Source of the DNA: a virus
Lineage: Duplodnaviria > Heunggongvirae > Uroviricota > Caudoviricetes
Reading direction: 5' to 3' (one strand)
DNA: 55,411 nt
IMG/VR virus record: IMGVR_UViG_3300009551_000002
Span: 64,001 to 119,411 of that record
Position 1 is the first letter of the stretch. Each line of letters begins with the position of its first letter. The position numbers and the translations under genes were made by a program. The notes under the pieces are model-generated. The model was not told where the DNA came from, ran no database searches, and was given only the letters and a program-made list of their open reading frames with translations. Positions 15,411 through 22,839 of this stretch are shown here, piece after piece.

Positions 15411-17390
15411 ATGACACCTTCTCTGGTGGCACCTGGATCGTCTGCCCTTCCACAGCATCTCTTCGTCGGCTCGCCGATCAAGAAGAACTTCCGTTTGGTC
15501 AAGGTCGACGAAGCGACACATAAAGTTTATGGTCTCGCTACTTCTGAGGCCGTCGACTGCGACGATCAGATCGCCGACTACGAGGGTTCTAAGCAGACGT
15601 TCACTCAATGGTCGGAAGACTTCATGAAGCGGACGCAGGCTGCTGGTCAATCCGTCTCTCTCGGTAACATTCGTATCCAGCACAATGTCGGCGATGTTGG
15701 CGGCAAAGCGACCCGTATTGACTTCCGCGATGAGACGAAGGAAGTCTACCTCGAATCAGAGCCCATCAACGACGAAGTGTGGGACATGCTCCAGGGCTGC
15801 TTCCTTACCGGTTACTCGATCGGCGGTCGTGTCACCAAAGTCAAAAAGGAAGGCAAATACGAGCGCTATTGGTTCACGCTCTCCGAGGTTTCCTATGTCG
15901 ATAACCCGGCGAATCCTGACGCGACATTTGCTTACGTGAAGGCCAACGGCTCCGTCGAACTCCGTAAGTTCCGCCGCAGTCCGGAAACTGTCCTTGACGA
16001 TATCGCAGCGAATGCCAAGAAGACCGCACAGGAGTTCGCGGCGGCTGCTCATCCAGAAGGAGATTCATCTATGGCCTTATTTACTCAAGATCAGTTAGAT
16101 CAGATCAAGTCCGTCATCCTTCTCAAGGACGCCAAGACCAAGCGTGTTGCTGGCGAAGACCTCCCCGCAAGCGCATTCGCTTATGTAGGAGATAAGGATG
16201 ATCCTTCGACCTGGAAGTTACCGATCCACTTTTCTAGCGAGGAGAAATCCAAGCGGCACGTGCGTAATGCCCTGGCCCGCTTCAACCAGACCAAGGGTAT
16301 TCCGGAGGACGAGAAGGAATCGGTCCACGCGAAGATCGTGGCTGCCGCCAAGAAGTATGGCATCGACGTAGAAAGTGAGAAAGCTGCCGCCTCCGCGTTC
16401 TGCGATCTCGTCAAAGCTGCTCTCAAGAAGTCCTACGACGGCGACGAAGTCAAAAAGGCCATGTGGGACATCGGCATCCTCGCCGAAACTCTCTCCACTC
16501 TCTCTTACCTTTATTACAACTGCCTGATGGAGGCTACGTGGGAGGAAGACGATCGCGACGACGCTTTAGCTGTCGAACTCGCCGCAGCGATCGAACATCT
16601 GGTTGTAATCCTCAAGGACATGGTTGAGGAAGAATCGTCCGAACTAATTCCTACTCTCAAGGCAGCGCAAGAAGAACTTAAATTACTCAAAGGAGAAAAC
16701 GCAATGGAAGATGAAGTCCTCGATATCGCGGCAGAACTTGCTGACCTTGCAAAAGCAGGGCACACGATGAAAGCGCATTTCCACAAGATGGCCGCAAAGC
16801 ACGAGAAATTGGCGGCGCATCACGAGAAAATCGCCGCTCACCATGAAAAGATCGCCGAAGCCCACAAGGACATGGAAGAGGCTCACAAGGCTCACAAGGC
16901 TGCCGGGGCTGGGCATGGCGGTCTGCACAAGGAGCACATGAAGCTCCACGAGTGCCACAAAGCGATGGCCGAGCACTGCAAAGCCATGGCCGACAACTGT
17001 GACAACGATGCCGACGATAAGGACGGCAAGAAAGCTGCCGACGCTGCCGCTAAAGCAGCCGCTGACGCAACTGCGGACGCTGCCGCAAAAGCCGCTGCTG
17101 CTGCACCCGCGAGTCCTGCGGCTGCTGCCGCTGCTGCCGTTCCCGCCGTCGATCCGACTTTGGCCGGTGTTCTGGCCGATCTGAAGAAGTCGATCGATAC
17201 CAGCAACGAGAATTCCGCCAAGCTGCAAAAGAGCGTCGAGGACATGCTCGCTGCTCCTCGTACTTCCGGCACCCCGGCTCCCGGCACGGCTGCCGCTCCA
17301 GCCAAGAGTGCCGGTCTGGAGTTGGTCAATCGTGGCCCGGCTCCCGCCGCTACTCTCACGAAGACTGCGACTGCCGACGTCGGCATCTAA
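15411..17390 (+). CDS. Prohead protease-scaffold polyprotein
   Basis: VYGLATSEAVD, IRIQH (His), GYSIGG (Ser), LSEVSYVDNPANP; followed by helical scaffold-like regions. Confidence 0.85.
   Translation: MTPSLVAPGSSALPQHLFVGSPIKKNFRLVKVDEATHKVYGLATSEAVDCDDQIADYEGSKQTFTQWSEDFMKRTQAAGQSVSLGNIRIQHNVGDVGGKATRIDFRDETKEVYLESEPINDEVWDMLQGCFLTGYSIGGRVTKVKKEGKYERYWFTLSEVSYVDNPANPDATFAYVKANGSVELRKFRRSPETVLDDIAANAKKTAQEFAAAAHPEGDSSMALFTQDQLDQIKSVILLKDAKTKRVAGEDLPASAFAYVGDKDDPSTWKLPIHFSSEEKSKRHVRNALARFNQTKGIPEDEKESVHAKIVAAAKKYGIDVESEKAAASAFCDLVKAALKKSYDGDEVKKAMWDIGILAETLSTLSYLYYNCLMEATWEEDDRDDALAVELAAAIEHLVVILKDMVEEESSELIPTLKAAQEELKLLKGENAMEDEVLDIAAELADLAKAGHTMKAHFHKMAAKHEKLAAHHEKIAAHHEKIAEAHKDMEEAHKAHKAAGAGHGGLHKEHMKLHECHKAMAEHCKAMADNCDNDADDKDGKKAADAAAKAAADATADAAAKAAAAAPASPAAAAAAAVPAVDPTLAGVLADLKKSIDTSNENSAKLQKSVEDMLAAPRTSGTPAPGTAAAPAKSAGLELVNRGPAPAATLTKTATADVGI
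16071..17390 (+). CDS. Predicted nested in-frame product 1 (from Met221)
   Basis: GAAGGAG SD 8 nt before an in-frame ATG at a domain boundary. Confidence 0.55.
   Translation: MALFTQDQLDQIKSVILLKDAKTKRVAGEDLPASAFAYVGDKDDPSTWKLPIHFSSEEKSKRHVRNALARFNQTKGIPEDEKESVHAKIVAAAKKYGIDVESEKAAASAFCDLVKAALKKSYDGDEVKKAMWDIGILAETLSTLSYLYYNCLMEATWEEDDRDDALAVELAAAIEHLVVILKDMVEEESSELIPTLKAAQEELKLLKGENAMEDEVLDIAAELADLAKAGHTMKAHFHKMAAKHEKLAAHHEKIAAHHEKIAEAHKDMEEAHKAHKAAGAGHGGLHKEHMKLHECHKAMAEHCKAMADNCDNDADDKDGKKAADAAAKAAADATADAAAKAAAAAPASPAAAAAAAVPAVDPTLAGVLADLKKSIDTSNENSAKLQKSVEDMLAAPRTSGTPAPGTAAAPAKSAGLELVNRGPAPAATLTKTATADVGI
16704..17390 (+). CDS. Predicted nested in-frame scaffold (from Met432)
   Basis: AAAGGAG SD 8 nt before an in-frame ATG in a locally A-rich stretch. 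Confidence 0.6.
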   Translation: MEDEVLDIAAELADLAKAGHTMKAHFHKMAAKHEKLAAHHEKIAAHHEKIAEAHKDMEEAHKAHKAAGAGHGGLHKEHMKLHECHKAMAEHCKAMADNCDNDADDKDGKKAADAAAKAAADATADAAAKAAAAAPASPAAAAAAAVPAVDPTLAGVLADLKKSIDTSNENSAKLQKSVEDMLAAPRTSGTPAPGTAAAPAKSAGLELVNRGPAPAATLTKTATADVGI

Positions 17391-17433
17391 TCTTTCGTCT
17401 CGCCCTAGGCTACGCGCCAACCCCTCGTTCTTC

Positions 17434-17469
17434 GTGGCCGGTCTCGGTAACCATCCCCTTACCGGCCAC
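17434..17469 (+). other. Stem-loop in the capsid-gene leader
   Basis: GTGGCCGGT / ACCGGCCAC perfect 9-bp inverted repeat. Confidence 0.5.
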
Positions 17470-17522
17470 TGCATTTCTTCATTCCTTCAGTAGTAATCAT
17501 TCCAATTTCACGGAGAATTAAA

Positions 17523-19415
17523 ATGTCAACGTATCAATACAGTGGACGTGGTGCTCTCAACAACATCCTGCCGGACAATCGGTATCAGATTGTCCGTAAC
17601 AATGTCGGTGAGATGCGCAAAGCCTGGAATGCCTCGCTCGAAAACGGCGAGAAGACCCGGCTCGAAACTTTCAAAGCCTCTCCTCCGGTTTTGCCGCAGG
17701 GGAATCCGAGTACTCCTGGGTTTGAGGAGCGGATGGGCCGGTTCATGGGCGAAGTGGCGGAACGCGAAGCCATCGCGAAATCCTTCATCAAAGCTCAGGT
17801 GGAAGCAATTCACGGCGATTCGTTGCAGAAGGCCGGTGTCTTTTCGACGCTCGGCTTCAACTTCTACGATCTCCGTGGACCGGCGTATTTGATCTACCCG
17901 GTCAACGTGCATTTCCGCAACACCGTTCCTCGTATTCCGAAGGTCAACGACGGATACGGCACGATGGCGCATTGGAAGGCGACCACCAATCCTGGTGTCC
18001 TGTACGCAGGCGTTCCGGAAGGCCAGCGCGCGCCGGTTGCGACTCCCAACGAAGTCGACTACTACGCCGCGTACAAAGAGCAGGGATCGGAAGGCAGCGT
18101 GACGTATACCGCTGAGTTTGCCGGTGAAGGTTACACGGACAACTTGGCGGACGAGCATCTGCGCGATCTGCATCGCGTGTTCCTGGCCGAAGAGGGCATG
18201 ATCCTCAACGGTAACTCCGGTTTGGCTGGCAGCACTTTTACCGGCTTCAAACTGGGGACCTGCCCGACTCCCGTCAACACGGGAACCGTCGCTGGCGGAA
18301 CCAATGGCGTCGTGGCGACTCACACGGTTGGCGCTGCGGGCAACCTGGGAACTCCCGGCAACGCGGATCTTCCCTACACCACGGCCCTGACCACGTCCAA
18401 TTTCGTGTCCGTGGCCTGCGTGCTGCTGACCGCGATGGGCAATCCCAACAACAATCAGTACGGCTACGGTCTGTTGCCCACGATCGCTTCCGGTCTGACT
18501 CCGCAGTATGTTTCGACCGGCGCGGACGGCAGCAACATCACCGTCAACGGCGGCATGTCGGCTGTCAGCGCGATCTCCACTCCGCTGCAAGCAACCACCA
18601 ACAACCTGACGATTCGCGTCTCCATTCCTGCCGCCAGCTTGCCCATCAAAGGCGTGTACGGCTATGCGTGGTTCGTCGACGTCGAGTCGTCCTCGACCGG
18701 CTCCCTGGCAAACGCCAAACTGGCTGGTATCACCACTTGCCCGTTCGCATTCATTTCCGGTACTGCTACCGGCACGCAAACCGCGAACATGGTTGGGTTG
18801 GCCAACGATAACAGCTTCAACTCGCTGGACTTCGATGGCTATTTGACCTACGGAGCGAACACGCCCGGCGCGTATTACGCCGATCTGTATGGCGGTTCGC
18901 TGACCTCCCAGAAGAACGGGCGCGTCACCGAGATCGAAACTCTGCTCCAGTACGTTTGGCAGAACTATCAGACCACGGTGGACGAGATCTGGGGTGACGC
19001 CTACGCCGTAGCCGTTCTCGATCAGGCAATCCGCTGGTCCGGAACAAGCTCTGCCGCGTTCCAGTTCTGGTATCAGCGTGACAGCCAGAACAACATTCTC
19101 GGCGGTTATGTGGTGAGCGCCTATCAGTCCCGCTACGCATTCAATAGCGAGACCGGTTCGGCAGCGATCCCGATCCGCATCCACCCGATGGTGCCCGCTG
19201 GCACGTTGTACTTCCACAAGAAGGTCAACCCGTATCCGCAGAGCCGTATTCCCTACGTCTCCGGCATGCTGGTGCAGCGCGACTACTACTCGATCGAGTG
19301 GCCGCAGACTTCCCGCAAGTGGCCCTTCGGCACCTACGTGCATGAAGTGCTCGCCCACACCGTCCCCTGGCTGATCGGTATCATCACCGGCATCGGCTCG
19401 TTCGTACAGAACTAA
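17523..19415 (+). CDS. Major capsid protein, large (630 aa), with a probable inserted beta domain
   Basis: Position after the scaffold, GGAGA SD, strong codon bias, Gly/Thr-rich central insert. Confidence 0.75.
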   Translation: MSTYQYSGRGALNNILPDNRYQIVRNNVGEMRKAWNASLENGEKTRLETFKASPPVLPQGNPSTPGFEERMGRFMGEVAEREAIAKSFIKAQVEAIHGDSLQKAGVFSTLGFNFYDLRGPAYLIYPVNVHFRNTVPRIPKVNDGYGTMAHWKATTNPGVLYAGVPEGQRAPVATPNEVDYYAAYKEQGSEGSVTYTAEFAGEGYTDNLADEHLRDLHRVFLAEEGMILNGNSGLAGSTFTGFKLGTCPTPVNTGTVAGGTNGVVATHTVGAAGNLGTPGNADLPYTTALTTSNFVSVACVLLTAMGNPNNNQYGYGLLPTIASGLTPQYVSTGADGSNITVNGGMSAVSAISTPLQATTNNLTIRVSIPAASLPIKGVYGYAWFVDVESSSTGSLANAKLAGITTCPFAFISGTATGTQTANMVGLANDNSFNSLDFDGYLTYGANTPGAYYADLYGGSLTSQKNGRVTEIETLLQYVWQNYQTTVDEIWGDAYAVAVLDQAIRWSGTSSAAFQFWYQRDSQNNILGGYVVSAYQSRYAFNSETGSAAIPIRIHPMVPAGTLYFHKKVNPYPQSRIPYVSGMLVQRDYYSIEWPQTSRKWPFGTYVHEVLAHTVPWLIGIITGIGSFVQN

Positions 19416-19432
19416 GCTTCGCCAAAAACGGA

Positions 19433-19462
19433 GAGCAGTGTCCTTTACGCGAGGCGCTGCTC
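19433..19462 (+). other. Stem-loop downstream of the capsid gene
   Basis: GAGCAGTGTC / GGCGCTGCTC pairing with G-U pairs; no clear U tract. Confidence 0.4.
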
Positions 19463-19501
19463 TTCACGGCCTTTATAAATTTCTTTCAGGAGATTCCATC
19501 A

Positions 19502-20032
19502 ATGACCCTCGAACTTCTCGGTGTCCCTTATCAGACTTATATCACTCGCGGTGCCAATTACACTGCGAACTCGCTGGGTATCGTCACGGTCACCAATCCG
19601 TCCAATTTCGATATCCAGGATCTCATCAACAATGGTTGTGTGTTCAACATGGGCACGGCGGGCGTTCTTCTCGGACGCTTGATCGGCGCAAACATGAACA
19701 TCACGACCGATCAACCGTTCATCATGACCAAGTTCTCGACCTTGGTTCCGTTCCGCATCGCCAAGATCACTGCGGGCAACGGCTCTGTTTCGTTGACCAC
19801 GGCAGCAGGCGGCATCTATCCTGCGGCTTCCAAGGGCGGCACCGCCGTCGTTGCGAACTCGCAGGTATACAGCGGAGTGACGGGCGCGTCGTTGATCGTG
19901 TCACTCACGATCGCGGCGACTCCCGGCAACACGATTTACGCCCCGAGCACGCAATTGTATCTCAGCTTGACTACCGGTCAAGGTGCTCCGGCGACCGCAG
20001 ACCTTTACGTCTGGGGCGATTTGCTCGACTAA
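19502..20032 (+). CDS. Putative virion structural (capsid decoration-like) protein
   Basis: AGGAGA SD; Thr/Ala/Gly-rich beta composition; follows the capsid gene. Confidence 0.65.
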   Translation: MTLELLGVPYQTYITRGANYTANSLGIVTVTNPSNFDIQDLINNGCVFNMGTAGVLLGRLIGANMNITTDQPFIMTKFSTLVPFRIAKITAGNGSVSLTTAAGGIYPAASKGGTAVVANSQVYSGVTGASLIVSLTIAATPGNTIYAPSTQLYLSLTTGQGAPATADLYVWGDLLD

Positions 20033-20056
20033 GCGACTATCCTCCGTCGCGAGCAT

Positions 20057-20092
20057 GAGGCAGCCGGTGTCGTTCTCGGCTGCCTCTTTTTT
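20057..20092 (+). terminator. Rho-independent terminator
   Basis: GAGGCAGCCG / CGGCTGCCTC 10-bp stem followed by T6. Confidence 0.85.
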
Positions 20093-20122
20093 CGACATCC
20101 TCTTTTTTAAGGACATCGTCAT

Positions 20123-21046
20123 ATGCACTTTGCAGGTCAAATCCAATTCTCGGCTGAAGTTCAGCATACACTGATACGCGCGGATGGCAGTCGGCAGGTA
20201 TTTGCCCCGCAGACGCGCATCGTCTCCCGCCCTGTGACGTGGTGGTACAACGTTTGGGCGCAAATGCGAAAGTTGAAGAAATGGCTCGCGGCCATGACTT
20301 TCGCCACGTTTCTTCTTTGGATCGAAGCTAACCCGCAAGCAGCACTTCATATTCTGCGAGCGGTCGGCACCAGTCCGCTGGGAATCGTGACGTCGGCGGG
20401 AATCAACTATCTCGCGACTACTTTCGTCAACAATACGAACCCGCTGATCAACTTCAATTTCCATACTTATGGAACTGGAGATGTTCACGGATCGACCTCT
20501 TCGCCGACTAACGCGACGGCGGCGACTCCGATCGTAGTGACCCAGGCCGGTCATCCTTTCTTCACGAACGATATCATCAAGCTCACCGGCATCACTGGCA
20601 TTACGGGCATCAATGGAATCTGGGAAATCATCTCCCTCTCGTCGTCGACCTATTCGCTCGATGGGTCGGTAGGCGGTGGCTCCTCCTTCGGCGGCGGCAC
20701 CAATGCGGCTCAATTGCTCAATGGACAAGCCGACACTGCACTCACGACCGAAGTTGCCAGCATCACGCGCGTCGCTGGTACGCAATCTAATCCGTCCTCG
20801 AACCAATATCGTTCGGTGGCGACGGTTGTCTTTACTGGCACGACTCCTCCGCTGACGATTATCGAATGGGGACTGTTGAGCGCTGCGTCTACCGGCACTC
20901 TCTGGGATCGTCGTTGGATGAACACCGGCAACGCTCCGTCGACGGTCGGTGCTGCCGCTCTGGTGGCTGCGCCGATTACGATCACGAGTACGGGTGATTC
21001 AATCCAGACCACTTATACTCTGACCTGCACTGCTGGCGGCACGTAA
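20123..21046 (+). CDS. Putative virion structural protein
   Basis: IVTSAGINYL tail-protein-like start, small beta-barrel insert (ATPIVVT..H.F..ND.IKL.G), amphipathic Trp-rich helix near the N terminus. Confidence 0.7.
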   Translation: MHFAGQIQFSAEVQHTLIRADGSRQVFAPQTRIVSRPVTWWYNVWAQMRKLKKWLAAMTFATFLLWIEANPQAALHILRAVGTSPLGIVTSAGINYLATTFVNNTNPLINFNFHTYGTGDVHGSTSSPTNATAATPIVVTQAGHPFFTNDIIKLTGITGITGINGIWEIISLSSSTYSLDGSVGGGSSFGGGTNAAQLLNGQADTALTTEVASITRVAGTQSNPSSNQYRSVATVVFTGTTPPLTIIEWGLLSAASTGTLWDRRWMNTGNAPSTVGAAALVAAPITITSTGDSIQTTYTLTCTAGGT

Positions 21047-21068
21047 ACACAATTTAGGAATAAATGGT

Positions 21069-21117
21069 GGGTGCGTCGGTCCTAATTCGACGCACCCTCT
21101 AATTCTGAAATTAGAGG
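21069..21117 (+). promoter_or_regulatory. Two overlapping hairpins, the second sequestering the SD of gene 21123
   Basis: GGGTGCGTCG/CGACGCACCC (10 bp) and CCTCTAATT/AATTAGAGG (9 bp). Confidence 0.55.
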
Positions 21118-21122
21118 AAGAA

Positions 21123-21632
21123 ATGATCTATCTTTTCAGCAACGGTGCGATGCAGACGACAGCGGCTCCGGTTGTTGTCACTACGGGTGCCGTTATTAAG
21201 ACCCTCTTACAGGTCAAACCTGGAACTACACAGTTCCTCAAGATTATTGCCTGGGGGATATCATTCGACGGTAGTGCTGCTGCCACCCCAGGCAAGGTAG
21301 AACTCATCGAGACCGACGTCGCGGCCACTGTTACTGCTGCCGCTGCCGCTGACATCACGAAGATCGACGCCGAAGCTCTCAATGCAGGTGACCCCACGAC
21401 CAATATTTTTGCTGTAGGGACCACAAGCACCGGCTACACATCATCCAATGAAGGTTCTATCACAGCAGTTCGCAATTTAGATGCCCCACAGTTGCTTGCT
21501 CCGACCGGCAGTTACTATTTCCAGATTCCTCTCGGGCAGGAGGCCGTCATCCAACCAAGCAAATTCGGACGTATACGCGTTACCTTCGGCGCGGCCATAA
21601 ACGCTTATTGCTGGATGAAGCTGGCAGCGTAG
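21123..21632 (+). CDS. Putative structural protein
   Basis: AGAGGA SD; beta-rich; inside the morphogenesis operon. Confidence 0.7.
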   Translation: MIYLFSNGAMQTTAAPVVVTTGAVIKTLLQVKPGTTQFLKIIAWGISFDGSAAATPGKVELIETDVAATVTAAAAADITKIDAEALNAGDPTTNIFAVGTTSTGYTSSNEGSITAVRNLDAPQLLAPTGSYYFQIPLGQEAVIQPSKFGRIRVTFGAAINAYCWMKLAA

Positions 21633-21657
21633 TATTAAGCCTGTCTTAGGAGACTAT

Positions 21658-22836
21658 ATGGGTCTTAGTTTTATGACCGGTTTTGAATACCGGATTGCAG
21701 GCGAAGGTACACAGCTTGGTACAGGTACTAATTCATTTTCTACAACTGTATTCCGCAGTGGTTCTGCTTCTTGGCGTGCTAACCCGACTGCTACAAACGT
21801 ATCAATGTCGTTTGAGATACGTCGGTCTGGTGCTCAAGTTAATTTCGCTCAGTCAGTGCGCTTCTATATGCGCCTTGATGTAGCCACCAATCAGAATTCA
21901 ACAACTTTATTACAAACAGGACCGTCAGGTAACACAGGTTCCCGACTCTCTATTGATATTGCTGGTACTTTGAGAATAGCGTATGGCGATGGCTCTAGCT
22001 CCGTCGCCGGAAAAAGCATAACCGCAGGTGATGGGGTTTGGCATCGTATCGATATTGATGCTAACGGTACTAACCGAGATTTATATTTAGATGGTGTTTT
22101 GATTGCAAGTGCCACGGGAGCAGTTGCTGCAACAGTTCAGCCTTCATTTGCTATAGGCCCTACAGGCACAAATCCAACAATTGATGTATATTTCGATGAC
22201 GTCTCTGTCTTCGATTCAAATATCGGTGCTCCCGCCTCAGGTGCTAACAATCAAGTTGTCCTGCTTATACCAACAGCAGGCACTAGCGCTGGGGGTTGGA
22301 CCGATGGTGCGGGTGGCACAGGCGACATTCACGGATCAGTAGATAACATTCCACCAGCCGGTGTAGCAGCAGGAACGGCAGCAGCTAAGATTAAGAATGC
22401 AACTAGCACTACAACGGGCGATTACGTTGCTACCATGCAGAGTTATATTGCTGCTGGTATTCCACCTGGGTCAACTATAAATGCTGCCTACGCAGTCGCC
22501 GCACATGGCGAAGAAATCACAACAGGTAATCCTAAACCCGGCGCTGTGTGGATATCTGCTAATCCTTCACAAACAGCCGGGACCGGACCATTTGAGTATG
22601 GAAACAATGTAGTCGAAGGAACTTATCCTACAGGTTGGCCTAGCAATCCTGGAGTTGTTGCTTTGGCTCCGTCTGTTACGCTCTCTACTGCGCCGACTGC
22701 TACTATTCGTAAGAACCTAGCATCAACGCGCGTAGTCGGATGTTGCTTCTTAGGCATCTACGTTGACTACACTCCACCGCCGATTGCTCGACCCGTCACT
22801 GTACTGCAAGCCGTAAATCGCGCATCACGCTGGTAA
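21658..22836 (+). CDS. Putative fibre/lectin-like structural protein (ConA/LamG-like N-terminal domain)
   Basis: AGGAGA SD; WHRIDI..LYLDG..YFDDV beta-sandwich pattern; visibly more AT-rich than neighbours. Confidence 0.7.
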   Translation: MGLSFMTGFEYRIAGEGTQLGTGTNSFSTTVFRSGSASWRANPTATNVSMSFEIRRSGAQVNFAQSVRFYMRLDVATNQNSTTLLQTGPSGNTGSRLSIDIAGTLRIAYGDGSSSVAGKSITAGDGVWHRIDIDANGTNRDLYLDGVLIASATGAVAATVQPSFAIGPTGTNPTIDVYFDDVSVFDSNIGAPASGANNQVVLLIPTAGTSAGGWTDGAGGTGDIHGSVDNIPPAGVAAGTAAAKIKNATSTTTGDYVATMQSYIAAGIPPGSTINAAYAVAAHGEEITTGNPKPGAVWISANPSQTAGTGPFEYGNNVVEGTYPTGWPSNPGVVALAPSVTLSTAPTATIRKNLASTRVVGCCFLGIYVDYTPPPIARPVTVLQAVNRASRW

Positions 22837-22839
22837 TTC

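Noticed and set aside
16683-17474. Antisense ORFs (263 and 164 aa) over the scaffold
   Set aside because: Low-complexity mirror of the Ala-rich coding strand
17526-19358. 610-aa antisense ORF spanning the capsid gene
   Set aside because: Exact codon-mirror of a strongly biased gene; no SD or recognisable motifs; typical shadow ORF in GC-rich DNA
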